Of a stretch of 64,000 nt of DNA, positions 54,390 to 63,037 are shown in pieces. The notes under the pieces are model-generated. The model was not told the origin of the DNA and made no database searches. It worked only from the letters and a program-made list of their open reading frames with translations. Source of the DNA: Candidatus Babelota bacterium (GTDB lineage Bacteria > Babelota > Babeliae > Babelales > UASB340); NCBI GenBank assembly GCA_014730005.1, contig WJIY01000017.1, forward strand, positions 8,800 through 72,799. The letters run 5' to 3'. The number at the start of each line of letters is the position of its first letter. Within the stretch, counting starts at the first letter, position 1. Position numbers and translations under genes: made by a program.

Positions 54390-55096
54390 AATTCACCCTT
54401 TCCCTTATTAACATTTTTTAAAAAATTATACTTAAATTCTGCAATTATCCAATCATCTTCTGTATCTATATCTTGCACCTCATTATTAGGAATAATTAAT
54501 GGAATAGTATAATCTGCAAATATCCTTTTTTGTTCTAAATAACTTTTTGAATTTATCCAATAAAACTGACCCGCATCATGATATGCAGAAACTAAATCTT
54601 GAGATCGAACATTATAATTTTCCGGCCAAAACATCTGCAGCTTGCTATCGTCAATTTTTAAAGCTCTTTGAATTGGATAATTAAATTTAATTACCGAAAC
54701 AAGAGAATCAGCCTTACACTCTTTTAAAATATCAAAACCATCAATAATTCTTTTTTTATTTACAAAAGGAGCTGTTGCAAGAATACAACAAACATAATCA
54801 TATTGTTTCTGTATTTTTTTATAAGAGTCCAAGACCTCCTTGATAACATCTGCTAAAGTTGCAAAATCATTTGAATTTATTTTTGAACGAAAAAAAGGAA
54901 CTTGTGCTCCATATTTTTTTGCAATTTTTGCAATTTCAATATCATCTGTTGAAACCATAATCTCATTAAAGCAACAAGACTCTATTGCAACATCAATGGA
55001 ATATTTAATAATCGGTTGACCACAAAATTCCTTAATGTTTTTTCTAGGAATTCTTTTACTACCTCCTCTTGCAGGAATAATTGCTAAACAATTCAT
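54374..55096 (-). CDS. pseF: pseudaminic acid cytidylyltransferase
   Basis: Motifs MNCLAIIPARGGSKRIPRKNIKEF...VSTDD...RSQDL..YHDAGQFYW...VQDIDTEDDW are present. I use the ATG at 55096. The 24 extra residues of the ORF-track start (55168) precede the conserved N-terminus. Confidence 0.85.
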   Translation of the reverse strand: MNCLAIIPARGGSKRIPRKNIKEFCGQPIIKYSIDVAIESCCFNEIMVSTDDIEIAKIAKKYGAQVPFFRSKINSNDFATLADVIKEVLDSYKKIQKQYDYVCCILATAPFVNKKRIIDGFDILKECKADSLVSVIKFNYPIQRALKIDDSKLQMFWPENYNVRSQDLVSAYHDAGQFYWINSKSYLEQKRIFADYTIPLIIPNNEVQDIDTEDDWIIAEFKYNFLKNVNKGKGELCSNL

Positions 55097-55394
55097 AAAA
55101 TTATCTTTTAAGCTACCCAAGCAAACTATACGAACAGATCTGAAGCATCCTGCATGTTTTTCATGCACTGCTATACAAAAATCTAATCACTCAAGGTAAT
55201 TTATTACTTTTATTTCTTGAATATTTTTTAAAATTCATAGAACCCTTCTATCATTAATTTTTCTACGAATCATAAATAATTTTTACATAAATTCATGTAT
55301 ATCAACGTTCAAAGTAAAAAAACAAAATTAAAATTTTATTTATAATTTTATATTAATTAAAATTTACAAAAAACCTCTCTAAAAACAATAATTT

Positions 55395-56453
55395 TTAATT
55401 CACAATTAGATCCCAATTTACAGCAGTCCCTTTTTTTAAATTACAAGAAACTTTTTTTCCTATTAATTGCTCAAAGTATCTTGGATGTAACCCATAACCG
55501 GGTCTAACTACTCTCAAATTTTCTTTAGTTAAAATATCACCAGACTTTAAATCCTTTGATATATAAATCGAACGACGAAATTGCAAATTGTTTTTTTCTT
55601 TTTCAGAAAATTCATATGAAACCTTACCCAAAGACTGCCAAGCTCTTTTTGTCTCAACAACTAAAGCCTTCATTTCTTCTGGTTCTAATGAAAATTCAGA
55701 ATCAATTCCACCATCAGATCGCGATAAAGTAAAATGTTTTTCAATAAAGGTTGTACCCAAAACAACACTTGCTACCGAAACCCCTATCCCTAATGTATGG
55801 TCTGACAAACCAACCTTGCAACCAAATAATTCTCTCATATGTGGAATGGTTAAAATATTTGCATTTATAGGATCAGCAGGATAAGAGCTAGTACATTTTA
55901 ACAGGATTATATCTTTTGTACCATGGCTTCTTAGCGTTTCTACTGCTTCATGAAGTTCTGAAACTCTAGCTAAACCCGTTGAAATGATTACAGGCTTACC
56001 TGTTACAGCAATTCTTCTCAATAAAGGTAAATGATTATTTTCAAAAGAAGCAATTTTATAACAAGGAACATTTAAAGTTTCCAAAAAATCTACTGAACTC
56101 TCATCAAAAGGAGTGCTAAAACAAATCAACCCTAATTGTTTACAACGTTCAATAATTGGCTTATGCCATTCCCATGGAGTATAAGATTGTTGATAAAGTT
56201 CATAAAGATAAGAACCTTTCCACAAACTTTTAGAATCTTTAACAAAAAAATCATCATTTTTTACATCAAGTGTAATCGTATCAGGGGTATAAGTTTGTAA
56301 TTTTAATGCATTAACTCCAGCTTCTGCAGCAGCTCTAACAATTGCTAAGGCTTTATCTATGGATTGATTATGATTTCCGGACATTTCTGCAACTACAAAA
56401 GGCGGATACTTTCTACCTATCTTTACACCCTCAATTACAATCTCTCTTTCCAT
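55395..56453 (-). CDS. pseI: pseudaminic acid synthase (NeuB family)
   Basis: Motifs PPFVVAEMSGNHNQS, ALKLQTYTPDTITL, LWKGSYLYELYQQSYTPWEW, YKIASFE, GLSDHTLG and the C-terminal SAF-like domain are present. Confidence 0.88.
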   Translation of the reverse strand: MEREIVIEGVKIGRKYPPFVVAEMSGNHNQSIDKALAIVRAAAEAGVNALKLQTYTPDTITLDVKNDDFFVKDSKSLWKGSYLYELYQQSYTPWEWHKPIIERCKQLGLICFSTPFDESSVDFLETLNVPCYKIASFENNHLPLLRRIAVTGKPVIISTGLARVSELHEAVETLRSHGTKDIILLKCTSSYPADPINANILTIPHMRELFGCKVGLSDHTLGIGVSVASVVLGTTFIEKHFTLSRSDGGIDSEFSLEPEEMKALVVETKRAWQSLGKVSYEFSEKEKNNLQFRRSIYISKDLKSGDILTKENLRVVRPGYGLHPRYFEQLIGKKVSCNLKKGTAVNWDLIVN

Positions 56454-56462
56454 ATTTTCTTT

Positions 56463-56939
56463 CTAATTTCTACAATATTCAAATTTAAAAAACTTAATAT
56501 TATTACAAATCTTCTTACCAATAAACTTATATCCGGTTTTATCAAAAACCTTTAAAGATGATTTATTATTTTCCTGAATATATGCATAAATTTTGCTGGC
56601 ACCAAAATCATTTAAAAGCTTACTCGAACAGTCTTGTAATAAAGATACACCCAAACCTTTCCCCCGAAAACTTCTATGTAAACTAATACTTATAATATAA
56701 CTATTTTCTTCTTCAGCAATTTTATCAAACCTTATTTGTCCAACAAATTCTTTTAATTCATTTCTTACAACAAAATAAACACAATCTTTACTTACAATTT
56801 TATTTTCAAACCATGAAACATGATCATCCCAATTAATTTTATCTATATTAAAAGAATTAGCTCTGACATCAAAATCGTTAGATAAATTAAAAACATCTTT
56901 AATATCTGATTTTTTTGCTAATTCAATTGTAAGAGACAT
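56463..56939 (-). CDS. pseH: GNAT N-acetyltransferase, PseH-like
   Basis: 158-aa GNAT (FRGKGLGVSLL). The N-terminus has the ..VRANSFNIDKINWDDHVSWFENK pattern seen in PseH. It lies next to pseI. Confidence 0.65.
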   Translation of the reverse strand: MSLTIELAKKSDIKDVFNLSNDFDVRANSFNIDKINWDDHVSWFENKIVSKDCVYFVVRNELKEFVGQIRFDKIAEEENSYIISISLHRSFRGKGLGVSLLQDCSSKLLNDFGASKIYAYIQENNKSSLKVFDKTGYKFIGKKICNNIKFFKFEYCRN

Positions 56940-57586
56940 CTTTTACCTATCATTTTAGATTTTAAATAAACTTTATTTTTAAACCAAATAGCCAAAAAAT
57001 AGATAATTGTTGTGCCTGATGCAAATACTAATCTTTCAATTGCAACAATGGGAATTAATTTCAACCACTGTATAGCATTCATTTCACTTGTATAAAGCCA
57101 AATAATACTTCCAAAAGCATGTGCTAAAAATGTAGAAGTTAAAGATGCATTAAAAATAAAATTATAATAACTTTTTGGCTCAAAAAAATATAACAAAATT
57201 GGAATAAGCCAATAAAAAGAATAAATATATGCAATTTTACCTACAGGATGCAAAATAAAACTTAATATAAATAAAACAGGCAATATTACTCTGATTGAGA
57301 AATTTAAAAATCTTAATAGGTAATTTTTATTTTTAGACCTCATTATTAAAAAAAAAGTTAATGTAGAAAAAAAAGTTGGTAAACCAAATGTGATAACTTG
57401 TGAAAAAACAAAATTTTTAATTAATAAAAAAAAAGCAAAAGGTAACCCAATTAAAGGCATAATAAAATTAATACTAAAGAAAAAAAACTTAGTTGAACAA
57501 AAAACACAACTTGTTTTTAAATAAAATAAAAAAATAAAAATTAAAACAAAAAATATTCTCAATATTTTATTTTCATCCATTAACAT
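56918..57586 (-). CDS. small polytopic membrane protein of unknown function embedded in the pse operon
   Basis: 222 aa with about 6 hydrophobic segments. It overlaps the pseH start by 22 nt. No motif recognised. Confidence 0.5.
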   Translation of the reverse strand: MLMDENKILRIFFVLIFIFLFYLKTSCVFCSTKFFFFSINFIMPLIGLPFAFFLLIKNFVFSQVITFGLPTFFSTLTFFLIMRSKNKNYLLRFLNFSIRVILPVLFILSFILHPVGKIAYIYSFYWLIPILLYFFEPKSYYNFIFNASLTSTFLAHAFGSIIWLYTSEMNAIQWLKLIPIVAIERLVFASGTTIIYFLAIWFKNKVYLKSKMIGKRCLLQLN

Positions 57587-57613
57587 CTTAACCTTTATTA
57601 AATAAAACCAAAC

Positions 57614-58609
57614 TTAACTCAAAACATTCTGTGCCACCACCCATAAATGTGAAGAAAGATTATTTAATGCAATAAAATCCTGAAAATTTTTACTTATAGA
57701 ATGCCACTTATCTACTAATAAATATTTCATAAACGGAATATTTGAAACATCAAATTCTTCAGATAAGATTTTTTTTCTAACAATTTCAGCATCTAATTTC
57801 CCAGGAGTCAAAGTTTCTAAAACTTTAAATCCACATCCACGCAATAAATTTTCAATAGATTCAATATTAAAATAATTTAAATGCTCAGGAGCAAAAATAT
57901 TATCTGAATTATGTCCCAATATATTTAAATCAAATCCCTTTATATTAGGTGTCGTTATAATTAATAAACCTTTATCCTTTAATACCTTTTTGCAGCTTAA
58001 TATAAATTCTCTCGGATTATAAAGATGCTCAATTACTTCAAAACTTGTCACTACACTTACATTTTTTAAATCAACATCTTCTATAGGAGCCTCAATAACA
58101 TCTAAACCTCTATTGCGACACGTATCTGCAAGACTTTTTGCTGGTTCTACAAGTAAGATTTTTTTAAAAAAATTACATTTTTTAAGTACTGTTGCAAAAG
58201 TACCAAATCCTGCACCAACATCAATCAAAAATTCATTATCAATAAAATATTTAGAACACAAAGAAATAACTTTATCAGCCCGCGGTTCAAAAATTTCTTT
58301 TTTTCGTTTTTCCTCGGACAACTTAAAAACATGTGTATTCCAATATTTACATGCTTTGGATTTTTTATAAAAATCTACTATTAAATCAAAGTTAGGCCTA
58401 GGATTTACAAATAAAGTTTCACAAAAATTACATTCAACAAAACTATATCCCTCCTTATTAAACTTAAAACTATAACTAGTATTATCACAAGCAGGACAAT
58501 TGACAAAAACAAATTTTGTTTTATTTTTTAACATATTTTTAGAATCAATTTCGCGCAAAATCTTACATTTGTACATCAATTCATCTGGTCTTATACTATT
58601 CTCATTCAT
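57614..58609 (-). CDS. class I SAM methyltransferase with N-terminal Cys4 zinc-ribbon
   Basis: The zinc ribbon reads CPACDN...ECNFCETLFVNP. Motif I reads LIDVGAGFGTFATVL. Confidence 0.75.
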   Translation of the reverse strand: MNENSIRPDELMYKCKILREIDSKNMLKNKTKFVFVNCPACDNTSYSFKFNKEGYSFVECNFCETLFVNPRPNFDLIVDFYKKSKACKYWNTHVFKLSEEKRKKEIFEPRADKVISLCSKYFIDNEFLIDVGAGFGTFATVLKKCNFFKKILLVEPAKSLADTCRNRGLDVIEAPIEDVDLKNVSVVTSFEVIEHLYNPREFILSCKKVLKDKGLLIITTPNIKGFDLNILGHNSDNIFAPEHLNYFNIESIENLLRGCGFKVLETLTPGKLDAEIVRKKILSEEFDVSNIPFMKYLLVDKWHSISKNFQDFIALNNLSSHLWVVAQNVLS

Positions 58610-59393
58610 AACTATACTTCCTATTTAGATAATATTTTAAAAAAAATACATCATCCTCAAAATCCTCAAGACTTTTTTCAAAACATTTTTCTGTTTCAAC
58701 AGACATACAAAAATCCTTCGGCAATATAGAAAATATTTTTTTAAAATCAAAATCCCCTTTTCCTAAGTGCTTATGTTCATCATAAATACCATTCCAATCA
58801 CCATCACTAATATGAAAAATTTCAGGATTAATTTGCAAAAACCTTTTAATACACTTAATTTTATTCATTTTTTTTGCATTTGAAAAATAAATAGCATGCC
58901 CAATATCCAAACAAAAACCAACGTTTGTATTTTTTGTAATAAATTCAATCTCCTCTGGAGAACTTCCATTACAAATCACGTTATTATATATTCCATAATA
59001 AGGTTTATTTTCTATTATAATTCTTGAATCATAAATCATATTTAATTGTTTAACAGTTTCTTCTATTTCACCATTAATTCCGGGGTGAAAAATTATAATA
59101 TTAGCATGCAATTCATCCGCAAAACGTTTAGCTTCATTTGTCAATTTCATATTTTGCTTACAAAAATTTTTTTTAGCCAAATTAAGTCCAACAGCAGAAT
59201 GAGCAGCATGTATTACATATGGAATTTTAAGTTTCTTCCATAATTTAATATAACCTTCAAAAGAACCTGGAACTGCAAACAATTCTATATAATCGTAAAT
59301 TTGTTCACCAAAAAGCCGTTTTGCTTCTTTGATATAATTTAAATTTGTAGACCAGAGTTTTAAACCAATTTTATACATAAAATTATTTAACAA
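58602..59393 (-). CDS. xylose-isomerase-like TIM-barrel protein (sugar phosphate isomerase/epimerase family)
   Basis: Motifs YDYIELFAVPGS, NIIIFHPG, IIIENKP and CLDIGHAIY are typical of the AP_endonuc_2 / sugar isomerase fold. Confidence 0.6.
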   Translation of the reverse strand: MLNNFMYKIGLKLWSTNLNYIKEAKRLFGEQIYDYIELFAVPGSFEGYIKLWKKLKIPYVIHAAHSAVGLNLAKKNFCKQNMKLTNEAKRFADELHANIIIFHPGINGEIEETVKQLNMIYDSRIIIENKPYYGIYNNVICNGSSPEEIEFITKNTNVGFCLDIGHAIYFSNAKKMNKIKCIKRFLQINPEIFHISDGDWNGIYDEHKHLGKGDFDFKKIFSILPKDFCMSVETEKCFEKSLEDFEDDVFFLKYYLNRKYSYE

Positions 59394-60543
59394 CCCGTTT
59401 AATAATTTTCACTATCTTCTTTATATCATTATTTTTCAATTTAACGTATATAGGTAAAGAAATTGTTCTTTTGTAAAAATTTTCAGAAACAGAAAAATCA
59501 CCTTTTTTAAATCCCATACTTTGATAATAAGGTTGCAAATGAACTGGGATATAATGAACTTGTAAATTCAATCCATTCTTTTTTAATTCTTCAAACAATT
59601 CTTTTTTATTTGTTTTTAAATTTTCAAAATTTATAAGCAAAGGACATAAATGCCAAGCCGCTCGAGAATAATCTTTTTCTTCAAGAAAATTAAATCGATT
59701 ATCATCATAAAATTCTCGCCTATAAGTTTCAACAATTTCTCGCCGCCTTTTTATAAATTTATCCAGTTGCTTTAATTGTGAAATACCAAGAGCACATTGC
59801 ATATCAGAAATTCTATAGTTAAAACCTAAATGATGTTGTTCATAATACCAAGATCCATCATAATCATTTTTAAATTTTTTAAAATCTTTTGTAATTCCAT
59901 GAGTTCTTAACATCAATATTTTTTCGTACAATTCCTTATTATTTGTTGTAATTGCTCCACCTTCTCCAGTAGTTATATTTTTTACTGGATGAAAAGAAAA
60001 GATAGTTAAATCAGAAAATTTACAATTACCTACTTTTATTTTCTTATATTCAGACCCCAAAGCTTGCGCAGCATCTTCAATAACAAATAAATTATTATTT
60101 GTTGCTATTTCATATATTTTCTGCATATCACAAGATTGCCCCGCAAAATGAACTGGAATAATCCCTTTTGTTTTGGAGGTAATTTTTTTTTCAATTTCAA
60201 CAGGATCAATATTTGCCGTTGTTGGTTCTATATCTGCAAATTGTACTTTACCCCCTGCATATAAAATAGAATTTGATGATGCAACAAAAGTATTCGGTGT
60301 GGTTATAAATTCATCCCCATTTTTAATATTCAAACTTAACATTGAAAGATGTAATGCCGCAGCTCCATTTGCAACAGCAACACAATATTTGGCATTTGTA
60401 TAATCACAGATAGCTTTCTCAAATTCCTTAACTTTTGGTCCCTGAGTTAACCAATTAGATCGTAAAACTTTAACAACTTCCCAAATATCTCTTAAAGAAA
60501 TTGATTGGCTCCCATAGTTATAAATCTTTGACTTATAAAACAT
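59383..60543 (-). CDS. pseC: UDP-4-amino-4,6-dideoxy-N-acetyl-beta-L-altrosamine transaminase
   Basis: Motifs YGSQSISLRDIWEVVKVLRSNWLTQGPKVKEFE, FSFHPVKNITTGEGG, LRTHGIT, WYYEQHHLGFNYRISDMQCALGISQL are present. Confidence 0.85.
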   Translation of the reverse strand: MFYKSKIYNYGSQSISLRDIWEVVKVLRSNWLTQGPKVKEFEKAICDYTNAKYCVAVANGAAALHLSMLSLNIKNGDEFITTPNTFVASSNSILYAGGKVQFADIEPTTANIDPVEIEKKITSKTKGIIPVHFAGQSCDMQKIYEIATNNNLFVIEDAAQALGSEYKKIKVGNCKFSDLTIFSFHPVKNITTGEGGAITTNNKELYEKILMLRTHGITKDFKKFKNDYDGSWYYEQHHLGFNYRISDMQCALGISQLKQLDKFIKRRREIVETYRREFYDDNRFNFLEEKDYSRAAWHLCPLLINFENLKTNKKELFEELKKNGLNLQVHYIPVHLQPYYQSMGFKKGDFSVSENFYKRTISLPIYVKLKNNDIKKIVKIIKRVVK

Positions 60544-60546
60544 AAT

Positions 60547-61377
60547 TCATCCAATTCGCATTTTTAAAATATTCTTAGCTCTATAAAGCTCATTGCAATC
60601 TAATAACTTAATAGAAAACTTTAATTCATCATCTAAAGTTTGAAATTCTTTTTTTTGAAAAACATTTTCATTTAGTTTTTTGATCCATGGTTTATAATCC
60701 ATAAGATGAATTACATCAATCAATTTAAAAAAATTATTTGAATCATATAAAAAATCAAAAATTGCACAAAAAAACAAGTAATCTGCTCTTGTATCCAAAG
60801 TTAATCGCAGATTTTTACGTAATTTTTTAGGAGCCTCTTTTATGCAAATATTAAACATATTTTTATTTTTATAAATAAATGATGTAACATGTTCTCGGTC
60901 AAAAAAATTTGTAGTATTTAAAAAAGTTTTTTTTAATGATCCAAAAGAAAAAATTTCTATATTTGTTCCAATAGGATAATATTCTGTTTTTGTACAATCG
61001 TTTTTATCTTGCAAGTGTTTGTCTAATACATTGCTAATTAATTCAAAATCTATACAAGGATTATCACCAGTAAGTCTTAAAATTGTTTCTAAATTATATT
61101 GTTTTGCAGAATAATAATATCTAGATAAAACATCATTTACATCACCACGAAAACAATTAATTTCTTTTTTTTTACACCATTGTTCTATAATATCATCATT
61201 TTTATCCCAAGAAGTGGCAACTATAACTTCATTTAATTTCTTTATGCATTTTGCACGTTGAACAATATTATCAAGAACAGTTACTTCAGAATTATAAGGT
61301 AAAGATAATAAAACTTTTCCTGGCAATCTCTTGGATTTCATTCTAGCTTGAATAATTGCACCTGTTCTACCATTCAT
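60547..61377 (-). CDS. SpsF-like cytidylyltransferase-family protein (second nucleotidyltransferase of the cluster)
   Basis: The N-terminus GAIIQARMKSKRLPGKVL and RLTGDNPCID are present. 276 aa. Confidence 0.65.
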   Translation of the reverse strand: MNGRTGAIIQARMKSKRLPGKVLLSLPYNSEVTVLDNIVQRAKCIKKLNEVIVATSWDKNDDIIEQWCKKKEINCFRGDVNDVLSRYYYSAKQYNLETILRLTGDNPCIDFELISNVLDKHLQDKNDCTKTEYYPIGTNIEIFSFGSLKKTFLNTTNFFDREHVTSFIYKNKNMFNICIKEAPKKLRKNLRLTLDTRADYLFFCAIFDFLYDSNNFFKLIDVIHLMDYKPWIKKLNENVFQKKEFQTLDDELKFSIKLLDCNELYRAKNILKMRIG

Positions 61378-61380
61378 ATT

Positions 61381-62172
61381 TCACCAAACAGTAAGTCCTC
61401 CGTCTATAATTATGTTTTGCCCTGTTACATATGAAGATAAGTCTGACGATAAAAATAAGATCGCACCAATCAAATCTTCTGGAACGCCTATTCTATTCAT
61501 TGGAATTTTTTCACACAAATTATTAATAAAACCTTTTTCTTGTTGCACTATAGGTGACGGAAAAGCTCCAGGAGAAATAGCATTAACATTAATATTATTA
61601 TTTGCTAAATAAACTGCAAAATATTTAGTTAATTGAATTATACCGGCCTTTGCAGCACCATAAGTTGCCGCGCTGAAAAATTTCTCATAACCTTTATATA
61701 TTCGAAAATCTGGGGATACAAGACCATACATAGATGCAATATTTATAATATGTCCTTTATTAAACCTTTTCATAAAAGGAATTATTTCTCTAGTACATCT
61801 AAACACACTTCCCAAAACCCCATCTATACTATATTGCCAATCCTCATCATTTATATTTGAAGGATCAGAGCACTTTGCATAAAAAGCATTATTTATTAAA
61901 ACATCAATTGTCCCAAAATTTTCACAAATTTTTTGAAAGCCATTACAAATAGATTTAGTAGAAGAAATATCAAACTGCTGAAAAGAAATGCTATTTTTTT
62001 TAAATTTTCCTATTTTATCTATATATTCTTCCTCATCATTACACGCAATAATTACATATGCTCCGACGTCAGCCAAACTCAATGACATAATATGTCCTAA
62101 ATGGCCCGCTCCTCCAGTCACAATAATTACTTTATTCTTAAGATCAAACTTAGAAGTTAAATTCATCAACAT
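61381..62172 (-). CDS. short-chain dehydrogenase/reductase (SDR)
   Basis: Motifs VIIVTGGAGHLGH, NNAF and the catalytic Y-x3-K (YGAAKAG) are present. Confidence 0.85.
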   Translation of the reverse strand: MLMNLTSKFDLKNKVIIVTGGAGHLGHIMSLSLADVGAYVIIACNDEEEYIDKIGKFKKNSISFQQFDISSTKSICNGFQKICENFGTIDVLINNAFYAKCSDPSNINDEDWQYSIDGVLGSVFRCTREIIPFMKRFNKGHIINIASMYGLVSPDFRIYKGYEKFFSAATYGAAKAGIIQLTKYFAVYLANNNINVNAISPGAFPSPIVQQEKGFINNLCEKIPMNRIGVPEDLIGAILFLSSDLSSYVTGQNIIIDGGLTVW

Positions 62173-62173
62173 A

Positions 62174-63031
62174 TCACCAATTAATAGGAATAATTATATT
62201 GTTATCATCTTCTTTAAAATATAAAAGATTATTCTCAATTTTTTTGATTTCATTTATTTGTTTTAAATTAAATAAATCTTGTTTAAAATGATCTAAATTA
62301 TCAAAACCAATTACCACTTTGTCTATATAATCATTAAGAACGGCAAAATTAAGACATATCGAAGAAATAGACAGATTCAATTCCTCAGCTAATTTATTTA
62401 AAGCCTTCAGTTTACATTTAAATTTTGAAAATTTAGGTTCTAAATTTTCAAAAGATTTAAAAACAAGTCCCTGCAAAAAAACAGATCGCACAAAAATTTC
62501 TATGCCCTTAGACTTTAAAATACGAAAATACTTTGCAAATCGTTGATCAAAAATACTATATGGAACTTGAATTATATCAAATTCAATTCCCGAATCTAAT
62601 AAATAATCTAACTCTTCTTCAAAATATAACGAAAAACCTATTTTTGATACCAATAAATCATTTTTTATTTTTAAAAACTTTGTCCATAACAATGGATTCT
62701 TTATAAAGAATTTAAAATCATGTACAAGATAACCATAAAGTTGCTTTGAATTTAATCTATGTAAAGATTCAATAAATGATTTTTCAAAATTATCTATTGA
62801 ACAACAAGAAAACTTAGAAATAATTTTAAAATTTATTTTATTTTTTTTTATAAAGCTACCAAGCACTTGCTCACTATCTCCGTATACATAAGCAGTATCT
62901 ATATAATCAATTTTACGATCATATGCATATCTTAAAATTTGATGTGAAATATTTTCTGCAATCTTACCACTTAAATTATTAATGCCATAATCTAATCCAA
63001 ATTGAGCTGTTCCTAATGCAATTTTATTCAT
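62174..63031 (-). CDS. aldo/keto reductase family oxidoreductase
   Basis: The N-terminus IALGTAQFGLDYGI and YIDTAYVYGDSEQVLG are present. Confidence 0.75.
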   Translation of the reverse strand: MNKIALGTAQFGLDYGINNLSGKIAENISHQILRYAYDRKIDYIDTAYVYGDSEQVLGSFIKKNKINFKIISKFSCCSIDNFEKSFIESLHRLNSKQLYGYLVHDFKFFIKNPLLWTKFLKIKNDLLVSKIGFSLYFEEELDYLLDSGIEFDIIQVPYSIFDQRFAKYFRILKSKGIEIFVRSVFLQGLVFKSFENLEPKFSKFKCKLKALNKLAEELNLSISSICLNFAVLNDYIDKVVIGFDNLDHFKQDLFNLKQINEIKKIENNLLYFKEDDNNIIIPINW

Positions 63032-63037
63032 AATATT

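Noticed and set aside
55097-55168. Long N-terminal extension of PseF (ORF-track start at 55168)
   Set aside because: The 24 extra residues (MHEKHAGCFRSVRIVCLGSLKDNF) precede the universally N-terminal AIIPARGGSKR motif. The internal ATG at 55096 gives a canonical protein.
55097-55394. ~300-nt gap between pseI and pseF, checked for a small gene, riboswitch or terminator
   Set aside because: There is no ORF with an RBS, no G/C-containing stem and no repeat. It is probably an internal promoter region, and nothing in it can be supported from sequence alone.
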